DNA of 64,000 nt, taken from assembly GCF_963853765.1 (NCBI RefSeq), contig NC_088859.1:50778001-50842000 (forward strand), read 5' to 3'. The position numbers and the translations under genes are program-made. Positions 44,284 to 56,700 of the stretch are shown piece after piece. The notes beneath the pieces are model-generated. The model was given only the letters and a program-made list of their open reading frames with translations, was not told where the DNA came from and ran no database searches. Numbering within the stretch: the stretch's first letter is position 1; the number at the start of each line of letters is the position of its first letter. This stretch comes from Magallana gigas. Taxonomy: Eukaryota.

Positions 44284-47200
44284 ATGGGGAGAAGGAGACG
44301 ACGGTCGTTTAATTATGTGTACAGGTCAAAACGAAGAAGAGAAAGGAGTCCTTTTAAATGCCTAGAGTATATACAAAAAACTAGTCATACAAATAGCAAT
44401 GAATGGCGACACAATCATCACAACAGTGGTGACACTTGGATTGGAAATGTTGGTTGGGCAACCGAGGAAAGGGAGGAGTTGTTATGGATGTGGACTCCAA
44501 GCAACCTTCAAAAAGTTGATAATACTCTCGAAAAAGAGAAATTAGACAATAGTGACATAAAATGGGTTATCCAAAGTTTAACGTCTGAAATTGACAACGA
44601 GCTGGAACAAGTTTGTTCAGTTATTACAAAACATGACTTTTTCCGAAGATCTGATGTATTCGGAAATGTTGTAGAGAGTATTAACTCAGATCATCAGGAT
44701 ATAGATGACTGGTTAAAAGACCTCGTAAAATTGGTTGTGTCGGTCTCAAAGCAAAGTAATATCAAAACAGTGTACACTAAAACAATTTTAGGACTTTTTT
44801 CCTCCCTTCTTTTGCCAACAAAATGCAGTAATGACCCTTTAATCGAAGATGAGATAGGCAATGCCTTTGAGAATCTGAAAGTCAGAGAATGGTATGAAGA
44901 TCTTCAAGATGACAGCCCTTCAAAGATACACGTACCCGGTCCCCTAAGAGCAATATTGCATACTTTGATAACTTGGCTAATATTACCAACATCTGAAATG
45001 GTTGACAAAGATGAACACCCTCCTCTGTGGCCACGCGACTTGCGTGCTCCATATCGGGGGCCTGTTCATTATTTAATAGAACAGTTCAGTCTATTTCTGG
45101 AAGATTTCATTGCTCCTCTACGTAGAGGAATAAAAAACTATATGAACTACGTACGATCGCAAGGAATGCAAAGCTCATTTAAAGATGAAAATATTCGAGT
45201 ATATAGAAGAGTCCGCCTGCTTGATAACAAATGTATCCATGGGTCAGGCGTGTGTCTTGAAGTACAGTTTGATACCAATACAATGAAGAGAGTGCGCTGG
45301 GATTCCTGTAATTTTTTACAGTACGGGAATGTAGTTTGTTTAACCTACGATGATTGCCCAGAATTAGTCTATGCATTGATCGCTAATCGGGATGTACAAC
45401 AACTTAAAGATGGAAAGATTTTCCTGAAAGTACTCAATGAAAACCCGCAAAGTCTCGGTAGACTAAGAAGGAAACAACAATCTCGACTCGTGATGATTGA
45501 AAGCAAATCATTTTTTATGGTATACAATCGCACACTTGAGTCATTTCAAAATATGGCTTTAAGAATGCTAGAAAATAATGAAAACATTCCATTTGCTAGG
45601 TATTTGGTAGATCTAAACACTGACGTTAGGGAACCATTATACACTCGGGAAAAGAACTTTGAATCAACAGGAGTTGACTTTAACTGCCTGGTTAAAATCA
45701 AGAAAGGCACATCAAAACAGTATAAAAAAATACCAATACTGGATGTGGAGAAATGGCCAACAAGAGAGGAAATGGGTCTCAATGAGGATCAATACAACGC
45801 ACTCAAGAAATGTTTGACGAAGAAAATCGGTATTCTCCAAGGTCCCCCTGGCACAGGAAAAACTTGGATGGGTGTGCGGATTGTGGAATTTTTATTAAGC
45901 AACTTCAGGAATTTGTTTACGAATGAAGAAAGCCGGCCAATTTTATTGCTCAGTTATACAAACCATGCACTTGATCAATTTTTTGAAAAGTTGTTGGAAC
46001 TAGAAAGTATTCAACGTATGCTGGCAGGAATGTCTCGTTTTAAAATACCTTTTGTGAGAGTAGGAGGGCGGTGTGAAAATGAAAAGGTTAAGGAATATTC
46101 ATTAAATGTACAAAGAAAGAAAATAAAATATTGGAGCGACAATAGAGCGGAAATGCAAAAATCTCTCAAATCTGTCAAGTTTATTGACACACTTCTTAGT
46201 TTCCTACAAGAAGGAATTATATCGGCCGATTTCCTAAAATCTGAGGAAATAATATTGTCGGACCACTACTCTTCCTTAATACAAGTTCAGTCCGTATTTC
46301 CTCCTAACAATGCTAATGATAGTTTACTTGCATGGTTATTTGAAAACGGAGTTGACTACAACCAGACAAACGAGACACCAACAACCAACAAGACAGAACT
46401 AACGGAAGATGACTTGTTTTTACAGGAATCTGAAAGAAGAATCTTAGACGACGATGACAAAAGTAAAGTCGACGAAAATGAAATTTTAAAGGAAATTTCC
46501 CCCTTATTTCTTCTCTCTAGCATAAATTCTCCGCCTAATTATCTGCTCGATAATATTCAAAGTAATTATGTTGCCATATTAAACTTCGTTCGTAAAATGC
46601 TTAGCAATCCCGATGATTGTATTTCGGATGAAATGATGAGGGGAGTCGATGACGTCTGGGATTTGTGTCATAAAGAACGTTGGAGACTTTACAAATTTTG
46701 GATTCGAGATATTTCTTTCAAATTTTCAAATCGTAGAAATAGGCTTGTAATATTATTTGATGATTACAGCAAAGCTGTTGAAAATGAGCGGTTTAAACAA
46801 GATTTGGGCATTCTAACTTCATGCTACATGGTGGGTATGACAACCACTGGTGCTGCAACAAATATGAATCTTCTGAGAGAAATACAACCACGTATTGTTG
46901 TTGTAGAGGAAGCAGCACAAGTTCACGAACAACACATTATTGGATGTCTGACTAAAGAATTGCAACATCTCATTTTGATAGGCGACCACCAGCAACTCCG
47001 TCCAGCAATGAACAATTATGATTTAAAACGATCTCATAAAACAGATGTTTCATTGATGGAGAGGTTGGTGATGAATAAGTTCCCCTTTCACTGTTTGACT
47101 TATCAACATAGAATGAGACCTGAGATCTCCCGAATGCTGACTCCAGCCATTTACCCAACACTCAAAAACCATTCGTCCGTCTTATCGTACCAAAATATCA

Positions 47201-50189
47201 AAGGTATGAAACATAACATATTTTGTGTCAATCATCAAAATTTTGAGAATCAATCGGAATTTTCTACAAGTTATACAAATGATTTTGAGGCTGATATGAT
47301 AGCTCAGCTTTACAAATACTTAATATTGCAAGGATATTCCAATGCAGATATCACCATTTTATCTGCATATAATGACCAAGTTAGAAAGATCAGAAGGAAA
47401 GTGACTGAAATTTCGAAAACAATTAGAGTAAGTGAGAGAAGGTTGGAATCAAGAGTTCATATCACAGCGGTTGACAATTTTCAGGGAGAAGAAAATAGAA
47501 TAATTCTGCTTTCACTTGTAAGAAGCAATTTGGAATGGAAATTAGGTCATCTAGGTGATCCTCAAAGAATTTGTGTTTCTTTGTCAAGAGCAAAAGAAGG
47601 ATTATATATATTTGGAAATTTTGAAATGATTGATAATCGCAAAAATATGTTATGGATGGAAATAATAAAAACTGCGAAAGAAATTGGCGTATTTGGTGAA
47701 AACATATCTCTAGTTTGTCAAAATCATCCAAAAACAATCACAAAAGTGTCCACTCCTCAGGATTTTGGGAAAGTTCCTGATGGTGGATGTACTGAACTGT
47801 GTGCAACCCAGCTGCAGTGTGGACACGTCTGTGAAAGGCAATGTCACGGTGATGATTCGATTCACAACCTTCTATGTCAAAAGCCATGTTTGAAGATAGT
47901 ATGTGAAAGTAATCATCCTTGTCCAAAAAAATGTCATGAAGAATGTGGTAAGTGCATGACAAAGGTGATGAAAAAGTTTGATATATGTAAACATGAAGTT
48001 GAAGTTCCTTGTTTTGTGGATCCTGCATCTACTCCATGCCCAGTTAAGTGTACAAAGACGCGGTCATGTGGACATCCTTGTACCTTGAAATGTGGTCAGA
48101 GTTGTGATAAATTACCATGTACAGAGAGATGTTTGGAAATATTATGTGACAGTGGACATCCATGTCCAAAGAAATGCCATGAAGAATGTGGAAAGTGTAT
48201 GACAAAAGTGATGAAAAGGTTTGATTCATGTGGACATGAATTGAAAGTACATTGCTATTTAGATCTTGCATCTATTTCATGCCCAGTTAAGTGTACCAGA
48301 ACACGACAGTGTGGACATCTTTGTACTTTGAAATGTGGTCAAAGTTGTGATCAAGTTCCATGTATGGAAACGTGTTTGAAAATGGTATGTGATAGTAAAC
48401 ATCCCTGTCCGAAAAAATGTCATGAAGATTGTGGGAAGTGTTCGAAAATGGTTACGAAAAAGTATAGTAATTGTGGACATGAAAATGAGATACCTTGTTG
48501 GATGGATCCTGCATTTGTTCCATGTAAAGCCGAGTGTTCCAAGAAACTACAGTGTGGACATCCTTGTACTTCAAAATGTGGTCAAAGTTGTGATGATGAT
48601 CTATGTAAAGTTATGATACAGAATATGCATCCACAATGTCGTCACATAACAATAATTAAATGTTACAAAAAAGATGAATATATCTGTCGAAAAAAATGTA
48701 CAGAAATTCTTGAGTGTGGACATCCATGTCAAGGGAATTGCCATGCGTGTTCGAATGGTAGATTACACGTACCCTGTAAAGAAAAGTGTACACGTACACT
48801 TGTTTGTGGACATGCTTGCAGTGATTTTTGTTGGAACCCCTGTCCCCCGTGTTCGAAAAGATGCGAAAGAGGATGTGTGCATAAAAGAAACGGCTGTAGT
48901 CATTTATGTAAAAATCTGTGTGAACCATGTGAAGAAATGTCAAATTGGATTTGCTATGATGAATGTGAAAATGAATTTCGTGGTAGTGAAAAGTGTCATA
49001 AAGACTACGTCCGGCCCCCTTGCAATAAACGATGCAAGAAATCGTTGATATGTAAACCTAATCACAGATGTATTGGATTGTGTGGGGAAAATTGCCCATC
49101 CATCTGTAAAAGATGTGACAAGAAAAAACTAACAAATATCCTTAGAGCAAAAAGCGTTGATGACTCGCTTGTCGTACAACTCATAGACTGTGGACACATA
49201 TTTAAGGTCGATACAATGGATGAGTATATGCGTTTGTATCCAGAACATTTCATTTTGGACGAAAAGATGGCATTAAAAACATGTCTTGAATGCTCGACAC
49301 CCATAAGAAGTAGTGGGCGATACAAAAACGTCATCAATCAAACATACAGTGATATTGTGGAAGTAAATCGGAAATGTAAAGTTGAAACAAACAACTTGTT
49401 TTTAAAACAATATAAAATTCAGAGAAATGTCCTCGATAAAGACATGCCACTCAAAGAACGGATTGCCTGTTGTCGCAACAGATATGTTAGAGCTGTTTGT
49501 AAAAGAGTCTTGAACAAGTTATGCCGAAGGTATAAAGCGATTCTTGCAATGGATGAACAATATAATATTAGGGAAATAACAAAAACTTACAATGTTATAT
49601 TTGACTGGATTTTTCATCATTCAAATGTTACTTTTGTTCACGAGGAACTCGAGCAGTTGAATGATGAGGTGGAGAGATTTTCGATGTATATTGACCTTGT
49701 GTTACTGAAACATGTCTGGGAAATCATTCTACCTCAAACCGAAAAGGACCTTATTCAATATCATTTATTGAAACTCCGATGCCCAGATGGCGATACCTTT
49801 AACCGTGGCGATGTTGTGTCAGCTCAGGCAGTATTTGATAAGATACGAGAAAAGCATTGTCTGTGGATGCCTGTTAGAGAAAGAAGAATGTCATTCAAAG
49901 ATGTGGTTTGCGGAAAACGAGGAAACTGGTATAAATGTAGCAAAGGTAAGCTTTATTATGACCTTAAATTAAAAGGAAAGATGACTATAGATAGTTCTTG
50001 TAACTGAATTATATTTGATTGGATCATGTGTGGAATACTACAGTGTAAATAATATGTATGAAATCTTATCCAGGTCACATCTACCTGAGCGAAGTTGGCG
50101 GTTCAGTTGATGATCCAAGATGCCCTGATTGTCTGTCACCTAAAGAAGATGGTCTACCCCTACATGAAGAAGAGATGGAGGTGGCTTGA
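44284..50189 (+). CDS. ZNFX1: ZNFX1 copy 2, ~1925 aa, expanded zinc-finger array, degenerate RZ finger
   Basis: Exons 44284-49945 and 50074-50189. All helicase motifs present. C-terminus GNWYKCSKGHIYLSEVGGSVDDPRCPDCLSPKEDGLPLHEEEMEVA*. Confidence 0.93.
47880..48610 (+). repeat. 243-bp (81-aa) coding tandem repeat, 3 copies, in ZNFX1 copy 2
   Basis: CPKKCHE starts at 47920, 48163 and 48406. Confidence 0.92.
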
Positions 50190-53034
50190 GGCACGACACG
50201 GCTTGAAAGCGGAGTTACCGTTGTATTTTTTTTTTTAGGAATTGTGGCGAGGAATTGGTTTGTAAATTCGATTATCGATTAACTTTTGATTGTTTTATGC
50301 ATATCAATAGATTATAACTGTAAACTAGATATCATTTGTACGAGATTTAGTATCACAATTTTGTACAATTAATTATTTTGTAGATTTGAATCAGAGGAAC
50401 AGAATGTATTCAATATGTATTTATTGTGGGTTTCAATTCATTTTAATGAAAGATTTATCAATTTTTTCATAACAAGACTATATTAATTATGCAAATCTGA
50501 CAAATAATGATATTGCATTTAAAGAAAAGAACCGTGTAAAAAAACCAAATCTTGATTTGAGTTTTTTTTGGTGGTTTGTATCTGAGTTATTTCTTTTTAT
50601 CATTTTAAACTCTGTAGCTCTTGATGTTTTACATTTTTGTTTTCTTGTCCCTTAAGGCTTGTTTGGATTTGTGGTAAATGAAAACAATAGTATACAGAGT
50701 TGTTTCTGTCGGTACGTCTTATGATTTTTGTATTCGATCGTATGTATCATATTGTGTCAAAAAATACACAGGGTGAAAATAACATATTTCAAATTTTATC
50801 CAGATGTATTAAAGTTAGGAAGTAGTAATTGTGCTGTCGTAAAATTCAGTAATGTTTCGGATGCCACTTGATCGTCGAATTTAAGTAACGTTGCTTTCGT
50901 GTCACGTGACTGTCTTGTAGATACTGTTGGTTCCTGAGGATGAGAGAGGTAAAACTGGTGTGGTGTGGTTGCTGAGTACGCATGTGTGACTGTTGATATG
51001 CATACCTTTGCACTAATTGTGCAATTTATTCTATGATGTTACCTATTACGATATGTTCTCCTGTGAGAAATACTTCACAGCAGTTTTCCTAGTAGGAATT
51101 TTATAACGAAATCTTTTGATTCCTCTGATAAGGGATAATTCCGTATTTATTTTAATTATTGAAATTAAATAAGTAATACTGTGTGAGTGAGTTTGATTTT
51201 TATTTTTAGGTCACCTTAATTTACTTTACGTTTCTTTAATAATCAATCTTTTGAACTTTTATCAATAGAGTTACGACACATTATTTTAAACTTTGTGGCT
51301 TATTTAGTTTTCTTGTTCTGTAAGGCGTTTGTGAATTTGTATCTTTCAAAGACAATGGTAAACAGGAATGTTTCAGATTGATTGATGACCATCTAGGTTT
51401 GCTGTTTATTTGACAATACTTATTTTCGTACATTGCTAAACGAGTATGTAGAAAATATTAACTGTATTGATGTATTGGTGACATTGAAGAGTATTTTTTT
51501 TTACAATACTTTATTACTTTGTATTGCTAAAGGCAGTATTGAGAAAATATTACACACTTATTGCTTTGTAGAACATATGAATGTGAATTTTTAAAAAAAT
51601 CTTGAACAATACATTTTAAAAGAGTGTGCCTTGATTTTGTTATTAAAAAAGTTTGTAATGACACTATCTTAAGTCTTAATCGGGTACAGGATGTAAGACA
51701 ACCAACGGATTTGTACTATATTGAACTAAGTAGATGATCAGTAGGTTTTGGTTGATTGAAGTTTAATTAGGAAACAAGTTTTATAGTTTTATTATCATTT
51801 CATTAAATATTCAGTAAAAGCAATAGTGACCCATTAAAGGCTTGGTGATTTTGAAACAGGTCACTTATATAGATATGAAGTGCACTGCTGGGTTCGTCAA
51901 TTTATCAACTGTTATTCCATGATGAAATTATAAAAATAATTAATGAATAGGTCCTAAAAATAAATATGAACAATGATAGATATATGACAATTATCGGTGT
52001 ATAAATTATATTCCATGAATATAATTTTAAAAATATTGAATAAATGGATTGTAGTTTTAAATTAAAGTCCAGTCTTTATTTATTATACATTTACACATCT
52101 TTACTATCTAACAATGTAAAAATGACCAGAGACACCTAAATACTTTTAAAACAAACATTGCAGCCGGTGATCAAAATGTACACAACAACAAAAAGATTGA
52201 ACTATGATATGTATTAGCTTTTTAGTTTAATATCCTGCACTATAAATACTTTATAGCAACAAATAACACTAAATTGTTTTATATTATTTTTATTTTACAA
52301 ATATAACAAATAAACCACTGTGGTTATGCGAACAATAAACAGGTTTGATAAGGTAGATTTTCTGGTAGCTGTAGAACCGTAGCGCTACGGGAAATTCGGT
52401 TTGACAGAAAAACTGCAGTTCCACCCATAAAAAATAGCTGTATCTTCAATCGCACAAAAAGTTTCAAACGGTTTAATTGGACTTTTCAAAATAATAAAGG
52501 AATATATTGTCTTTTAGATCATTATTTTCTATAGATAATATAATATCAATAATGAAATAAAATTTCTAGATTTAATGAAAAAGTATCTTTTGTAAAGACG
52601 ATATTGGTTTATATCTGCGTGGTGATTTGCTTGTTTTCTGACATATCTAAGCAGTATTTATATGGCAGTCATTACTTTCGATGTTCTTTTAACATGATAA
52701 GCAAATATTTTTAAGCGTAAATTAAAAATAAAATTAAACATTAATTATTTTTTTTTAAGTGGAGGGGCAAATCCATGGTAAGTCGATTTTCTATGTATAA
52801 ATTGACAAAAATGAAAAAAAATTTAGCATGGGGGGAGCTCTCTGATGAGTCAAGTTTTATATGTAAGTTTAAGAAAAAATGTCTACTCCAAAAAAAGGGG
52901 GAAATCAATCAATCAATCATAATCACAATCACTTTAAAAGAGGAGATACAGTGCAATGAATATTTATATATTAACATCTTTATTATTTAACAACATTGTA
53001 TCTGAGATTAAACTATTGTTCTACATATAAATAA

Positions 53035-53208
53035 ATAAATTATAACAAATCTTATAAACTATGAATAATGAAAATTTACTGAAAAATAGGTATGTTTTAT
53101 TTTTTGGCATTCAAATTTCACGTTGTTAATTTTATTTTATTAATTTATTATAATTCATTGTTTGATCACATGCTGTGCTCGCCCCAACGGTCGCACCGTA
53201 AAACATAT
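53035..53208 (-). repeat. Dispersed repeat, copy 2 (see 8812-8998)
   Basis: The reverse complement begins ATATGTTTTACGGTGCGACCGTTGGGGCGAGC. Confidence 0.8.
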
Positions 53209-53730
53209 TACAATATATTTATCTTTAAAGTACTGTTGAAGGTGTGTGTAACATCAATAGTGTAAACTTTTTATTTAAAACATACCATGCTTAGTCGTTG
53301 AGTACTGTTCGTCCGCCTTTTCATAAAAACAACAATCCATGACAGTGTGAGAACCTGTACTTTTTCTGGCCTTTTGACAAAATTGCAAATACTTCTTTTA
53401 GCTTGTCAGTTACACTTTTTGGCATATAAACGTTCATGTGTGTCGTATTCATTTTCTAATTTCAATGGACTACAGTAGCTTTTCTATATTCAAAACTCGT
53501 TACAATTCCAATAATGCCAATCTTTCTATTAAAAGAAGAATGAAATTTATCTTAAAGTCCAAATCAAAATGGAAACATATATTTCAATATTGTTGTTAAG
53601 ATAGAGCGCATGGCATTAAACTTAAAAAAAGGGTTTTGTTATTTTAAATTGATTTAATTTAATATGTAATTTAATAGTAGGAAATATATCAAACCTAGTT
53701 CGATTTATCGTTCAGGTAAATAGCTAAAGA

Positions 53731-56700
53731 ATGGGGAAAAGGAAGAGAACATGGTCGGATAATTACCAAAGCTGTTCAAAACGATATCGAAAGGAAGAAT
53801 TTACAAATTTTCGACAATTCATTCATGAAGCTCCAGATGCATTGCGACAAATCAAAGGTACAAAGCGTGTCTGCAGTCATAGGGATTTATTGGCAATATT
53901 ACAGTCATGCACTCAAGAAACGTCAATAAAAATGGTGGACTGTTCAAGCGAACTAACAAAAGTTGATAGCACGCTTTATGAAAGGAATAATTTAGAGAGT
54001 GGCGATATCATATGGATTATCAATATCTTAGCATCTGCAATTAATGACCAACCGGAGCTAGTGTGTTCTATTATTGAAAGAAGTAACTTTTTTGAAAGAT
54101 CAGATGTTTCAGGGATGGTCTTAAAAAGTGCAGCAACAGACTGCTATAAATTAAAAGGCTGGACAAAAGACTTTATCACTTTATTGGTGTCCGTACCAAG
54201 GCAATATACAAGTAAAAACATGTTCTTTAAAACTATTTTTAGACTTCTATCAAAATCAGAATGCATTAATGATTCTTTAGTAATAGAAGAGATAATAAAA
54301 ACCTTCAGAAATCTGAAAGTCAAAGAGAAGGATATTCAGGATGACAGCCAAACACAATTACCTGCACCTGGATGCATTGAAGACATATTGTGTGATTTGA
54401 TAACATGGACAATTTTTCCAACAAGAGAAATGGTGGTCAATGACAAATATCCGCCACGATGGCCACGCGACTTGAAAACGTTGCGTATTCCCTATGTAAA
54501 TTCTGCCCATTATCTAATGGAGCAGTTCAGTATGTTTCTGGAAGATTTCATTGGCCCACTGCGCAAAGGGATCCAGAACTTTATCAAATACGCACAGTCA
54601 AAACAACCACAAGGCAGATTCAGGGATAAAGATATTTGGATTTATAAAAGAGTTTGTCTACTTGGTAACAAATGCATCGAAGGTTCGGGCGTTTGTCTAG
54701 AAGTGCAGTTTGATACCAGTACCATGAAAAAAATGCGTTGGGGTGCCAATAAACGTTTGCAATACGGAAACGTAGTATGCTTAACAGTGGATGACTCTTC
54801 CGAGTTAATATACGCACTAGTTGCTAATCGGGATCTGAAACAACTGACGGAAGGAAGAACCTTTCTGAAAATACTCGAGGAGAATCCAGATATCATACAT
54901 AAGTTTAGACGGATGCATACATCTCGACTTGTGATGATTGAGGGCAAATCTTTTTTTGAAACGTACAATCACACGTTAAAATCTTTGCAAAATTTAGCTA
55001 TGAAAATGTTAGGCGGGAATGAAAACATACCATTTGCCAAATATTTCGTTAACCTCAATTCTGAAGTTTTGGAACCACTTTACATGCAAAGTAAGAACAA
55101 TGAAGAAATCACATTAGACTTTTCATGTCTAGTGCACACCGAACAGAACTTTTCTACTTTATATAAAAAAGTACCAATTTTGGAAGTTGAAAAATGGCCA
55201 ACACGAGAGGAAATGTATCTTAATGAGGATCAATATGAGGCACTCAAGAAATGTTTGACGAAGGAAGTTGGTATCCTTCAAGGCCCCCCAGGCACTGGAA
55301 AAACTTGGATGGGAGTACGGATTGTGGAATTTCTTATAAATAACTTTAGAAATATGTTCGACATTGCAGAAAGACGGCCAATTTTATTGCTTAGTCATAC
55401 AAATCATGCACTTGATCAGTTCTTTGCGAAGTTGTTGGAATTGAAGAGCATTAAACGTATTTTAGCACAAATGGGTTATAGGAAACCGTTTGTGAGAGTC
55501 GGACAGCGGTGTGGAAATGAACAAGTAATGGAATATTCAATAAATGCACATAGAAAACAATATAGGCAGAACACTAAATATTGGTCTGGTACGCTGAAGG
55601 AAATGCGAAAATCTCTAAAATCTGTGGATTACATAGACACTTTACTGGAATTCTTACAGGAGGGTATAGTGTCTGTTGATTTTCTAAAATCTGAGGAAAT
55701 TATATTACAGAAACATATTTTTTCCTTGACACACAATCCGTCCTTCGTTCCCAAAAACAATGGAATATTAGGTACTTGGTTAGGAATAAATGAGAATGAA
55801 GTTCGATACAATCACGGAAACGAAACACAGGCAGTTGATAGAACAGAAATGGAATTAGACAATATGTTTCCGCAGGAAACTGAAAGAAAATTCTTGGACG
55901 ATAATGACAAAAATGAAGTTGCAAAAAGGAACATTTTAAAAGCCATTAGCCCTCTTTTTGTTCTTTCCCGCTTACATTTTCTGCCAAATGAATATCACAT
56001 GCTCCAAAAAAGTAAACGCTCTGCGTTTGCATATATACGTAATATGCTTAGAAATCAGAATGACTTTATGCCTGATGAAACGGTGAGACGTTTAGAAAAT
56101 GTTTGGGATTTGAAATACAAAGACCGTTGGAGACTTTACAAGTTTTGGATTCGGAATATTACGTTCAAATTGAAAAATCGTAGGAAGCACATCGTAGAAT
56201 TATTCAATGAACGTGACAAAGCGGTTCAGATTGAACGTTTCGAACAAGATTTAGAAATCCTCACGTCAAGTTTAATGGTTGGTATGACAACAACTGGTGC
56301 TGCATTAAATATGAAACTTCTGAGAGAAATACAGCCACGTATTGTGGTTGTAGAGGAAGCAGCGCAAGTTCACGAACAACACATTATTGGATGTCTGACT
56401 AAAGAATTGCAACATCTAATTTTGATAGGCGACCACCAGCAACTCCGTCCAGCTATGAACAATTATGATTTAAAACAATCCCATAAAACGGATGTTTCAT
56501 TGATGGAGAGGTTGGTGATGAATAAGTTCCCCTTTCACTGTTTGACTTGTCAACACAGAATGAGACCCGAGATCTCCCGAATGCTGACTCCAGCCATTTA
56601 CCCAACACTCAAAAACCATTCGTCCGTTCTGTCCTACCAAAATATCAAAGGTATGAAGCATAACTTATTCTTTATGAATCACCAATATTTAGAGAATCAA

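Noticed and set aside
50780-51050. More GC-balanced stretch with a ~70-codon open frame on the minus strand
   Set aside because: No recognisable homology or splice context; cannot be supported.
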